DNA of 64,000 nt from Candidatus Latescibacterota bacterium (GTDB lineage Bacteria; Latescibacterota; UBA2968; UBA8231): assembly GCA_965221775.1 (NCBI GenBank), contig CBDCSU010000006.1, positions 1,472,001-1,536,000 on the forward strand, in the 5' to 3' direction. The first letter of the stretch is position 1, and the number at the start of each line of letters is the position of its first letter. This document shows positions 55,211 through 64,000 of this stretch, piece by piece. Under the pieces are notes generated by a model. It made no database searches and was not told the origin of the DNA. It worked only from the letters and a program-made list of their open reading frames with translations. The position numbers were made by a program, and so were the translations under genes.

Positions 55211-56841
55211 TGGGGCAGGCCTCCGCGGATGGGTACGTGCAGGACCACCGGCCGCGACTCCCCGAGGCCCTGGCGGAGGGCCTCGCGCAGGTGGTCCACC
55301 TCCTCGACGCGGACCCCCAGGGCGCCGCAGGCCTCGGCCGCGGCGGCGAAGTCGAAGGGCCCGAGGCCGCTGCTCCGGGGCTCGCCATAGGCGCGCAGGT
55401 CCCCGGAGAGGGTGATCCCCCAGGCCTCGTCGTCGGCGACGATCATGACGAAGGGCAGGTCCTGCCGGGCGGCGCACTCCAGGTCGGTGAGGTTGAAGGT
55501 GGCGGCGCCGTCGCCGGAGAGCAGGACCACCGGCCGGCGCGGGAACCCGAGGCGCGCCGCCATGGCGGCGCCGACCCCGTAGCCGACGACGCCGCTGGCG
55601 CCGCAGGTGAGCCAGGTGCCGGGGTAGCGGCGGCGGCCCAGGGTCTGGTGGAACCACTGGCCGATGTTGCCGCCGTCGGCGATGAGGACGGCCTCCTCCG
55701 GGGCCTCCGCGGCGACCGCCTCGCAGACCTCCAGGCCGGTGAGCCCCGCCTCGCGCAGGGCGCCGGCGGCGGGGTCGGCGCGCACCGAGGCGTCGAACTC
55801 GTCCCGGCGGCGGCGCGTCTCGGCCAGCCACTGCTCGAAGCCGGCGGTGCCGGCGGCGGCGCAGGCGTCGCCCAGGGCCTGGATGAAAGGGGCGGGCCCC
55901 GCCAGGACGGACAGGTCGGCGCGGTCCATGTGGTGCAGCCGCTCGGCGTCGACGTCGACGCGGATGACGGCGGCGTCCGGCCGCAGTGGCGGCGACTGCA
56001 GGTAGCCGACGCGGTAGTCGGCGGCCGCCCCCAGCATGAGGACGAGGTCGGCGTCCTGCAGCAGCGCCGGGCCGCCGCTGGCGGCGCCGACGACGCCGAG
56101 GTACTCGGGCCGCGCCTCGGCCACCGAGCCGCGGTCCCAGATCGGCACGGCGCAGGGGACGGCCCAGGCCGCGGCGAAGTCGGCCACCTCGCGGCCGGCG
56201 CCGCCGTAGAACACGCCGCTGCCGGCGACGATCAGGGGCCGCCGGCTGGCGGCCAGGAGATGCGCCGCCCGGCGCACGGCCTCCGGCGCCGGCGACGGGG
56301 GGCGGTCCTCCACGGGGGCGGGCATCGGCGGCGGAGCTTCGGAGAGGGCCTCCGTCTGCACGTCCATGGGAAAGGTGAGGTGCACCGGCCCCGGGCGTCC
56401 CGAGACGGCCGCGGCCAGGGCCTCGTGGACGATCTCGGGCACGCGCTCGGCGCGGTCCAGGGCGCGGGCGTACTTGCACACCGGCCGCGCCATGGCCACC
56501 TGGTCGAAGTCCTGGAAGTGCCCCTGGCCGGCCGTGCCCAGGGGCCCGGAGCCGGTGACCAGCAGCATGGGGGCGCCGTCGAAGTGGGCGTTCACCACCC
56601 CCGTGAGGGCGTTGGCGTGGGCCACCCCGGAGCTGACGGCGCAGACGCCGACGCCGCCGCTGAGCCGCCCCCAGGCCTCGGCGGCGTAGGCCGCGGTCTG
56701 CTCGTTGCGGGTGTCCACCACCCGCAGGCCGGCGCGCCCGCAGGCGCCGAAGATCTCGTTGAGGCCGTGGCCGCAGAGGGTGGAGATCCAGGTCACGCCG
56801 TGGGCCTGCAGGGCCGCCACGAGGGCGTCGGCGCCGTTCAT
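55207..56841 (-). CDS. Thiamine-diphosphate-dependent enzyme (acetolactate-synthase-like)
   Basis: DTRNEQTAAYAAEAWGR, GRPGPVHL, LSGDGAATF. Confidence 0.85.
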   Translation of the reverse strand: MNGADALVAALQAHGVTWISTLCGHGLNEIFGACGRAGLRVVDTRNEQTAAYAAEAWGRLSGGVGVCAVSSGVAHANALTGVVNAHFDGAPMLLVTGSGPLGTAGQGHFQDFDQVAMARPVCKYARALDRAERVPEIVHEALAAAVSGRPGPVHLTFPMDVQTEALSEAPPPMPAPVEDRPPSPAPEAVRRAAHLLAASRRPLIVAGSGVFYGGAGREVADFAAAWAVPCAVPIWDRGSVAEARPEYLGVVGAASGGPALLQDADLVLMLGAAADYRVGYLQSPPLRPDAAVIRVDVDAERLHHMDRADLSVLAGPAPFIQALGDACAAAGTAGFEQWLAETRRRRDEFDASVRADPAAGALREAGLTGLEVCEAVAAEAPEEAVLIADGGNIGQWFHQTLGRRRYPGTWLTCGASGVVGYGVGAAMAARLGFPRRPVVLLSGDGAATFNLTDLECAARQDLPFVMIVADDEAWGITLSGDLRAYGEPRSSGLGPFDFAAAAEACGALGVRVEEVDHLREALRQGLGESRPVVLHVPIRGGLPQ

Positions 56842-56851
56842 CGCGGGGGCT

Positions 56852-57811
56852 TCAGGACCAGGCCGGGTAGCGGAACAGGGGGGCGCCGGCGCCGGCCTCG
56901 GGTCCCTGGGCGTCCTGATCTTCGGCCGCCGGCGCGGGGTCAGCCGGGGGCGTCGCCTCGGCCGGGGCGGTGCAGGCGTCGACGGCGGGCCAGAACAGCT
57001 CGGGGTCGCCCGGCGGCAGCAGCGAGGCGGCGCCCCGGGAGAGGGTGAAGGCGGCGGCGCGGCGGATCTGCCCCGGGTCGGCATGGGGCTCGTACCAGGT
57101 GGGCCGGGAGCGCTCCACGCCCTCGGGCCAGCGGCCCCGGGCCAGGCTCTTGAGGGCCAGCACTCCCACGCCCTGGTCCGCGGCGCGGGCCACGACCTGG
57201 GGGCCGAAGCCGGCGGACCACAGGGCGTGGTTCACGGGGAACAGGACGGTGTCGAAGGCGAAGCGGTCCATCGCCGCCAGGGCCGCCTCGACGCTGTGGG
57301 CGGAGAACCCGAGGAAGCGCACGGTGCCGGCCTCGCGGGCCTGCCGCAGGGTCTCGATGGCGCCCCCGGCGCCGAAGGCGGTCTCCACGTCTTCGCGGGT
57401 GCGCAGGGCGTGGAGCTGGTAGAGGTCGAGGCGGTCGGTGCGCAGGCGGGCCAGGGAGGAGGCCAGCTCGGCCGCGGCTTCGGCCGCGGTGCGCTTGTTG
57501 GTCTTGCTGGCCAGGAAACAGCGGTCGCGGTACGGTTCCAGGGCGGCGCCCAGGAGCTGCTCGGCGTCGCCGTAGGTGGGGGCCGCGTCGACGTAGTCGA
57601 TGCCGCGCTCGAAGGCGCGGTCCACCATGCGCCGGGCCTCGGCCTCGCCGCGGCCGCTCACGGTGATGCCGCCGAGGCCGACGACGGAGACCGAGACGCC
57701 GGTGGCGCCCAGGGGCCGGCGGGGCACACGGCCGGGGTCGGCCCAGCCGCGGCCGGCGCCGAGGCCGAGGCCGGCGGCGGAGGCCACCCGCAGGAAGTCG
57801 CGCCGATCCAT
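56852..57811 (-). CDS. Aldo/keto reductase with Tat signal
   Basis: MDRRDFL signal; LGATGVSVSVVGLGG, DAAPTYG, DLYQLH, LGFSAH. Confidence 0.87.
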   Translation of the reverse strand: MDRRDFLRVASAAGLGLGAGRGWADPGRVPRRPLGATGVSVSVVGLGGITVSGRGEAEARRMVDRAFERGIDYVDAAPTYGDAEQLLGAALEPYRDRCFLASKTNKRTAAEAAAELASSLARLRTDRLDLYQLHALRTREDVETAFGAGGAIETLRQAREAGTVRFLGFSAHSVEAALAAMDRFAFDTVLFPVNHALWSAGFGPQVVARAADQGVGVLALKSLARGRWPEGVERSRPTWYEPHADPGQIRRAAAFTLSRGAASLLPPGDPELFWPAVDACTAPAEATPPADPAPAAEDQDAQGPEAGAGAPLFRYPAWS

Positions 57812-57905
57812 GGCGCAAACCACACCCGGCGCGCGGCGGGTGTCAAGCGGAGCGGGCACGGCGGGCCACGTGCGGGCCCCGGGCCCCGCGGCTATTCTTC
57901 GCAGC

Positions 57906-59282
57906 ATGAGAATCGACACGGACATCACCCCCCAGAGCCTGACCGCCGCCACCGACCGCTTCCTGGAGTGCAGCGGCCGCAAGATCCTCTCCATCGAGCG
58001 CAGCTGGGACCCGGCCGCCGGCGCCCCGGTGTACACGCAGGCCGGGCGCTACACCACCCGCGGGTGGACGGAGTGGACCCAGGGCTTCCAGTACGGATGC
58101 GCCGTGCTGCAGTTCGACATGACCGGCGACGAGCGCTTCCTCGAGCTGGGCCGCACCCACACGGTGGAGCGCATGGCGCCCCACGTCTCGCACGTGGGCG
58201 TCCATGACCACGGCTTCAACAACCTCTCCACCTACGGCAACCTGCGGCGCCTCATGCTCGAGGGCCGCATCCCCCACGACCCGCGGGAGCTGCAGCTCTA
58301 CGAGCTGGCCGTCAAGCTCTCCGGCGCCGTGCAGGCGGCGCGCTGGACGCCCACTGCGGCCGGCACCGGCTTCATCCACTCCTTCAACGGCCCCCACTCC
58401 CTGTTCTCCGACACGATCCGCACCCTGCGCATCCTCTGCCTCGCCGACCGCCTCGGCCACGTCCTCATGGGCGAGGGGGACCGGCCCGTCGACCTCCTCG
58501 GCCGCGCCGTGGAGCACGCCCTGACCACGGCCCGCTTCAACGTCTACTACGGCGAGGGGCGCGACGCCTGGGACGTGCCCGGCCGCGTCGCCCACGAGTC
58601 GATCTTCAACACCAACGACGGCCAGTACCGCTGCGCCAGCACCCAGCAGGGCTACTCGCCGTTCACCACCTGGACCCGCGGCCTCTCCTGGATCCTGTGC
58701 GGCTACGCCGAGCTGCTGGAGTTCTTCCGCGGCGTGCGGCCGGCGCAGCTGGAGCCCTTGGGGGTGAAGAAGCGGGACCTCGTGTCGACCATGGAGAGAG
58801 CGGCCCTGGCGGCGGCGGAGTTCCACATCGGTCACAGCTTCGCCGACGGCGTCCCCTTCTGGGACACGGGGGCCCCCGGCGCCGCCGCCTTCGGGGACTA
58901 CGCCCACCAGCCCTCCGACCCCTTCAACGACGCCGAGCCCCTGGATTCCTCGGCCGCGGCGATCTGCGCCCAGGGGTACCTGCGCCTCGGCAACTACCTG
59001 CTGAAGAGGGGCTCCCGCCGGCGCGGCGAGCGCTACCGGGCCGCCGCCTTCACCATCGCCGCGGCCCTGCTGCAGGAGCCCTACCTGGCGGCCTCGAGCC
59101 GGCACCAGGGGATCACCCTGCACGCCATCTACCACCGCCCCAACGGCTGGGACCACGTGCCCCGGGGGCGCCGCATCCCCTGCGGCGAGTCGTGCATGTG
59201 GGGCGACTACCACACCATGGAGCTGGTGCTGCTGCTTCGGCGCGAGGCCGAGGGCGGCGCCTATCCGACCTTCTTCGCCTGA
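57906..59282 (+). CDS. Glycoside hydrolase family 88-like (unsaturated glucuronyl hydrolase)
   Basis: [33 protein letters not shown]. Confidence 0.8.
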   Translation: MRIDTDITPQSLTAATDRFLECSGRKILSIERSWDPAAGAPVYTQAGRYTTRGWTEWTQGFQYGCAVLQFDMTGDERFLELGRTHTVERMAPHVSHVGVHDHGFNNLSTYGNLRRLMLEGRIPHDPRELQLYELAVKLSGAVQAARWTPTAAGTGFIHSFNGPHSLFSDTIRTLRILCLADRLGHVLMGEGDRPVDLLGRAVEHALTTARFNVYYGEGRDAWDVPGRVAHESIFNTNDGQYRCASTQQGYSPFTTWTRGLSWILCGYAELLEFFRGVRPAQLEPLGVKKRDLVSTMERAALAAAEFHIGHSFADGVPFWDTGAPGAAAFGDYAHQPSDPFNDAEPLDSSAAAICAQGYLRLGNYLLKRGSRRRGERYRAAAFTIAAALLQEPYLAASSRHQGITLHAIYHRPNGWDHVPRGRRIPCGESCMWGDYHTMELVLLLRREAEGGAYPTFFA

Positions 59283-59300
59283 GCCCGACTGGAGAATCCC

Positions 59301-60446
59301 GTGAAGATCACCGCCATCAACACCTTCGTCGCCCGCTTCGGCAACCGCCCCCGCGCCCTCATCAAGGTGGAGACCGACGAGGGCCTGTACGGGTGGGGGG
59401 AGGCCTACTCCACCGGGCCCGACCTGTCCGTGAAGCCCGTGGCCGACTACCTCTTCGAGCTGATCGGCGGCGAGGACCCGCGGCGCATCGAGTACATCAT
59501 GATGAAGCTGATGCAGGAGTTCCGCTTCCCCCCGGGGGGTGTGGGCCTGCCGGCGATCTCGGCCCTCGATCACGCCTTGTGGGACATCTCCGGCAAGGCG
59601 GCGGGCCTGCCCGTGTACATGCTCCTCGGCGGCTCGGTGCGCGACCGGGTGCGGGTCTACCGCGCCATCGGCGGGCGCGACGGCAAGGAGGCGGCGGAGA
59701 CGGCCCACAGGCTCAACGAGGAGCACGGCTTCACCGCCTTCAAGACCAGCCCCTACCAGATCCCGCCCGACGCCAGCCGCTGGGGGCGGGTCTGCTCGAC
59801 GGCGGCCAGCTACTTCGAGGAGATCCGCGCCAACACGCCCGAGGACTGGGAGTTCGCCTTCGACCCCCACGCCAAGATCTTCGAGCCGGTGCGCGCCCTG
59901 CAGCTGGCCGACGCCCTGGCGCCGTACGACCCCCTGTTCTACGAGGAGCCCCTGCGGCCCGAGCACATCCCCCAGTGGAAGCGCCTGCGCGAGCAGATGC
60001 GGGTGCCCCTGGCCACCGGCGAGAGCCTCTACGGGCGCTTCGAGTTCCTCGACCTGATCGCCGCCAACGGCGCCGACATCATCCAGCCCGACATCTGCAT
60101 CTGCGGCGGCCTGCTGGAGATGCGCAAGATCGCCGCCATCGCCGAGGCCCACTACGTCAGCGTGGCGCCCCACAACCCCATGGGGCCGCTGGCCACGGCG
60201 GTGAACGTCCACTTCGCGGCCTCGAGCCACAACTTCAAGATCCTCGAGTACATCCTGCCCACCGAGAGCGACTGGAACGACTGGGTGGACGAGCCCTACC
60301 TGCCGAAGGACGGATACCTCGAACTGCGCCCGGACCGCCCCGGCCTCGGGGTGGAGGTGAACGAGGAGGCGATCCGCGGCGACGAGTACATCCACTGGCA
60401 GCGCACCTGCCCCATCCGGCCCGACGGCGCCACCGGGTACATCTAA
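59301..60446 (+). CDS. Mandelate racemase/galactonate dehydratase family enolase
   Basis: [43 protein letters not shown]. Confidence 0.9.
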   Translation: MKITAINTFVARFGNRPRALIKVETDEGLYGWGEAYSTGPDLSVKPVADYLFELIGGEDPRRIEYIMMKLMQEFRFPPGGVGLPAISALDHALWDISGKAAGLPVYMLLGGSVRDRVRVYRAIGGRDGKEAAETAHRLNEEHGFTAFKTSPYQIPPDASRWGRVCSTAASYFEEIRANTPEDWEFAFDPHAKIFEPVRALQLADALAPYDPLFYEEPLRPEHIPQWKRLREQMRVPLATGESLYGRFEFLDLIAANGADIIQPDICICGGLLEMRKIAAIAEAHYVSVAPHNPMGPLATAVNVHFAASSHNFKILEYILPTESDWNDWVDEPYLPKDGYLELRPDRPGLGVEVNEEAIRGDEYIHWQRTCPIRPDGATGYI

Positions 60447-60460
60447 GGGGCGCCGGGGCA

Positions 60461-62320
60461 GTGGCTTCCGGCGGCCGGCGGGGGAAGGTGCGGCGCACGT
60501 CGACACCGCCGGCCCAGGAGCGCCTGGAGGCCCTGAAGGCGCTGTTCCCGGAGGCTTTTGCCGAGGGCCGGGTCGATCTCGAGCGGCTGCGGCAGGCCCT
60601 GGGCGAGGCCGTGGACGGCGGCCCCGAGCGCTACGCCTTCACCTGGGCCGGCAAGGGCGAGGCGATCCGCCTGTTGCAGGTGCCGACGGAGGCCGCCCTC
60701 GCCCCGGCTCCGGAGGACTCGGTCGGCTTCGAGGAGACGGGCAACCTCTTCATCGAGGGCGACAACCTCGAGGCCCTCAAGCTCCTCTACAAAGCCTGCG
60801 CCGGGCGGGTGAAGATGATCTACATCGACCCGCCGTACAACACCGGCGGCGAGTTCGTCTACCCGGACGACTACTCCGACCCCCTGGGGACCTACCTGCG
60901 GCTCACCGGCCAGAGCGACCGGCGGGGGAACCTGCTCACCAGCAACCCCGAGACCTCGGGCCGCCACCACTCGGCCTGGCTCTCGATGATGTACCCGCGG
61001 CTGTTCCTCGCCCGCCAGCTGCTGCGCGACGACGGCATCCTCTTCGTCTCCATCGACGAGCACGAGCGCCACAACCTGCAGCTCCTCCTGAACGAGATCT
61101 TCGGCGAGGAGAACCTGGTGGCCGACCTGATCTGGAAGAAGAAGTCCGGCGGCGGGTCGGACGTGAAGGAGATCGTCGTCGACCACGAGCACATCCTCGC
61201 CTACGGGCGGTCGCGTCCGGCGGCCCTGTTCGCCGACAAGGGGGCGACGGCGGCGACGCGCTACAACGAGACCGACGACGAGGGCCGGCGCTACAGCCTC
61301 GACCGGCTGGACAAGCCGAGCCTGGGCTACCAGGAGAGCCTGGACTTCCCCATCGAGGGGCCCGACGGCCGGACCTACCGCGTGCCCCACGCCGACCCCC
61401 GGCGCAAGGTGGCGCGCTGGCGCTGGTCCCGGAAGAGGGTGGAGGAGCGCCGCGGCGAGCTGGTCTTCCGCTGGCCCCACGTGTACACGCGCAACTACGA
61501 GAAGGAGGGCTCGAGGCCGCGCAGCCTGCTGGTGGACCGGCGCTTCGGGCGCACGCGCACGGGCAAGACGGACCTCACCGCCCTGTTCGGGGCCGAGGTC
61601 CTGGAGCGGGCCAAGCCGGTGCGGCTGATCAAGCACCTGTGCGCCATCGCCACCGGGCCGGGGGACATCGTCCTCGACTTCTTCGCCGGCTCGGGGACCA
61701 CCGGTCAGGCGGTGATGGAGCTGAACCGCGAGGACGGGGGCCGGCGGCGGTGGATCCTGGTGCAGCTGCCGGAGCCGACGGACGAGAGGTCGGCGGCGAA
61801 GGCGGAGGGACTGGGCACCATCGCCGGGATCTGCGCCGAGCGCCTGCGGCGGAGCATCCGCCGGCTGCGGGAGGAAGAGGGTGCGCCTTCCGGCGGCGGC
61901 GCCCCGGAGGAGGACCTCGGCTTCCGCCTGTTCCGCCTGGGGGAGAGCAACTTCCGCGGCTGGCCCGCCGTGGAGGAGGGCGACCCGGAGGAGTACGAGA
62001 GCGCCCTGGAGCGGTTCGTCGATCCCCTGCGCGAGGGCTGGAAGGCGATGGACGTGCTCTTCGAGGTGGCGCTGAAGGAGGGCTTCGGCCTCGACTGCCG
62101 GGTCGCCCGCCTCGACGGGACCGGGGAGAACACCGTGTACCGCGTCACCGACGAGGAGCGGGAGCAGTCCTTCCACCTGTGCCTGGACGGCGAGCTGAAG
62201 GCGGAAACTCTGCGGGCCCTGGGACTCGGCCGCGACGACCTGCTCATCTGCCGGGACGCGGCCCTCTCCGACGAGGCCGCCGCCAACGCGGCCATGACCT
62301 GCCGCCTCAAGACCCTCTGA
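60461..62320 (+). CDS. mod: Type III restriction-modification methyltransferase (Mod); start approximate
   Basis: [56 protein letters not shown]. Confidence 0.92.
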   Translation: MASGGRRGKVRRTSTPPAQERLEALKALFPEAFAEGRVDLERLRQALGEAVDGGPERYAFTWAGKGEAIRLLQVPTEAALAPAPEDSVGFEETGNLFIEGDNLEALKLLYKACAGRVKMIYIDPPYNTGGEFVYPDDYSDPLGTYLRLTGQSDRRGNLLTSNPETSGRHHSAWLSMMYPRLFLARQLLRDDGILFVSIDEHERHNLQLLLNEIFGEENLVADLIWKKKSGGGSDVKEIVVDHEHILAYGRSRPAALFADKGATAATRYNETDDEGRRYSLDRLDKPSLGYQESLDFPIEGPDGRTYRVPHADPRRKVARWRWSRKRVEERRGELVFRWPHVYTRNYEKEGSRPRSLLVDRRFGRTRTGKTDLTALFGAEVLERAKPVRLIKHLCAIATGPGDIVLDFFAGSGTTGQAVMELNREDGGRRRWILVQLPEPTDERSAAKAEGLGTIAGICAERLRRSIRRLREEEGAPSGGGAPEEDLGFRLFRLGESNFRGWPAVEEGDPEEYESALERFVDPLREGWKAMDVLFEVALKEGFGLDCRVARLDGTGENTVYRVTDEEREQSFHLCLDGELKAETLRALGLGRDDLLICRDAALSDEAAANAAMTCRLKTL

Positions 62321-62325
62321 TCCCG

Positions 62326-64000
62326 ATGAAGCTGCGGTTCGACGCCCACCAGCCCTTCCAGGTGCGGGCCGTCGAGGCGGTGGCCCACCTGCTTGACGGG
62401 CAGCCCCCGGTGGAGGCGGGGGTGGACCTGGGCCCCGGGGACCTGCCCGCGGTGGCCAACCGGCTGGACCTGGACGAGCCGCGGCTTGTGGCCAACCTGC
62501 GGCGGGTGCAGGAGGACAACGGCATCCGCCCCGACGACGGGCTGCGCCCCATGGAGGAGGAGATCGAGGCCCCGGGGGGCACCCGCACCGTCCGCTTCCC
62601 CAACTTCTCCGTGGAGATGGAGACGGGCACGGGCAAGACCTACGTCTACCTGCGCACCATGCTGGAGCTGTTCCACCGCTACCGCCTGCGCAAGTTCATC
62701 ATCGTCGTGCCCTCGGTGGCGATCCGCGAGGGGGTGCTCAAGAGCCTGGTGGTGACGCGGGACCACTTCGCCCGCCTCTACGGCAACACCGTCCTGCGCC
62801 ACGCCGGGTACGACGCCTCGAGCCGCTCCCAGGTGAGCCAGTTCGCCCTCTCCGGGGGCGTCGAGGTGCTGGTGATGACGATCGACGCCTTCAACAAGGC
62901 GGCCAACGTCATCCGCCGGAGCGCCGACCGCCTCCAGGGACGGGCGCCGATCGAGTACATCCAGGCGGCGCGGCCGGTGCTGATCCTCGACGAGCCGCAG
63001 AATATGGAGAGCCCCAAGAGCCGGGCGGCCCTGGCCTCCCTCGACCCCCTGCTTGCCCTGCGCTACAGCGCCACCCACCGGCGCCCCTACAACCTCGTCT
63101 GCCGCCTGACCCCTTTCGACGCCTACCGCCAGGGCCTGGTGAAGCGCATCGAGGTCGCCTCCGTGTCCCGGGAGGAGGACCCCGGACGGCCCTGGCTGCG
63201 CGTGGCCCGGGTGAGGAGCGGCCAACGCAGCGTCACGGCGCGGCTGGCGGTGCGCAAGCTCTCCGCCGGGGGTACGCCGCGGGAGAGCACGCTCACGGTG
63301 CGGGCCGGCGATTCCCTCTCGGAGAAGACCGGCCGCGGGGAGTACCGCGGATTCGACGTCGACGAGATCGACGCCGGCCGCGGCGTGGTCCGCTTCGCCA
63401 ACGGCGTGGAGCTGCGCGCCGGCGAGGAGCACGGCCCCGACCGTGAGGCCCTCTTCCGGGAGCAGATCCGCCTCACCGTGGACGAGCACTTCCGCAAGCA
63501 GGACCGGCTGAGGGCGGCGGGAATCAAGGTCCTCTCCCTGTTCTTCATCGACCGGGTGGCCAACTACGCGACGCCGGACGGGCTGATCCGGCGGCTCTTC
63601 GACGAGGCCTTCGACGCGCTGAAGGGCGGCTACCCGGAGTGGCGGGACCTGGCGCCGGAAGCGGTGCAGGCCGGGTACTTCGCCCACCGGCGGCGGCGGG
63701 GCGCCGTGGAGTGGCTGGACTCGGTCTCCGGCGAGAGCGCCGAGGACGCAGCCGCCTACGCCCTGATCATGCGCGACAAGGAGGCCCTGCTCTCCTTCCC
63801 GGGGCCGGGGGACGGCGATGAGGAGCGGCGCCGGAAGCGGGTGGCCTTCCTGTTCTCCCACTCGGCCCTGCGCGAGGGCTGGGACAATCCCAACGTCTTC
63901 CAGATCTGCACCCTGAACCAGTCGGTCTCGGAGGTGAGGAAGCGCCAGGAGGTGGGGCGCGGCATGCGGCTGTGCGTCGACCAGGAAGGGCGCCGGGTGC
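62326..64000 (+). CDS. res: Type III restriction endonuclease subunit (Res), 3' end outside window
   Basis: Manual translation MKLRFDAHQPFQVRAV...FSVEMETGTGKTYVY...ILDEPQ...RYSATH...IKVLSLFFID...SHSALREGWDNPNVFQICTL. Confidence 0.92.
   Translation, partial: MKLRFDAHQPFQVRAVEAVAHLLDGQPPVEAGVDLGPGDLPAVANRLDLDEPRLVANLRRVQEDNGIRPDDGLRPMEEEIEAPGGTRTVRFPNFSVEMETGTGKTYVYLRTMLELFHRYRLRKFIIVVPSVAIREGVLKSLVVTRDHFARLYGNTVLRHAGYDASSRSQVSQFALSGGVEVLVMTIDAFNKAANVIRRSADRLQGRAPIEYIQAARPVLILDEPQNMESPKSRAALASLDPLLALRYSATHRRPYNLVCRLTPFDAYRQGLVKRIEVASVSREEDPGRPWLRVARVRSGQRSVTARLAVRKLSAGGTPRESTLTVRAGDSLSEKTGRGEYRGFDVDEIDAGRGVVRFANGVELRAGEEHGPDREALFREQIRLTVDEHFRKQDRLRAAGIKVLSLFFIDRVANYATPDGLIRRLFDEAFDALKGGYPEWRDLAPEAVQAGYFAHRRRRGAVEWLDSVSGESAEDAAAYALIMRDKEALLSFPGPGDGDEERRRKRVAFLFSHSALREGWDNPNVFQICTLNQSVSEVRKRQEVGRGMRLCVDQEGRRV

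Noticed and set aside
58697-60460. Apparent 1207-aa Mod fusion ORF
   Set aside because: The N-terminal extension is an Arg/Pro-rich off-frame read over the GH88 and dehydratase genes; real Mod motifs begin at ~60461.
1-64000. tRNA, rRNA, riboswitch, transposase or integrase genes
   Set aside because: None recognisable by eye; a covariance-model scan would be needed to exclude small RNAs.

Overview
Very GC-rich bacterial chromosomal segment, mostly housekeeping genes. It is probably FCB-group (Latescibacterota/Gemmatimonadota-like); this is an inference from several secreted proteins ending in a PNPFNP/FlgD-type C-terminal domain. Minus-strand blocks: mcsA-mcsB, lolCE-lolD, prfB (with the +1 programmed frameshift), S8 protease-lolA-ftsK, tsaD, ybbR/cdaR, a moaD-moaE fusion, a ~1690-aa surface protein, a YfhO-type glycosyltransferase and hisG-hisD-hisB. 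Plus-strand blocks: TPR-rdgB-heterodimeric ABC exporter, guaB-sugar oxidoreductases-phnA, GH88-enolase-superfamily dehydratase and a type III restriction-modification pair that runs off the end. Five short, compositionally atypical islets without mobility genes interrupt the core operons. The most unusual is 27.2-28.3 kb. It holds a membrane protein with an internal RBS+ATG and a variable EGxE-repeat tail, followed by two tandem copies that have independently deleted the membrane domain while keeping the putative -10 box, internal RBS and tail. This suggests an Rpn-like intragenic toxin/antitoxin with a membrane effector and extra antitoxin copies. Other candidates are a Panacea (SocA) antitoxin paired with an unknown membrane protein, and a SLATT-like 2TM gene overlapped by a Pro/Arg-rich micropeptide. 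All assignments are by eye from motifs; no database searches were run.
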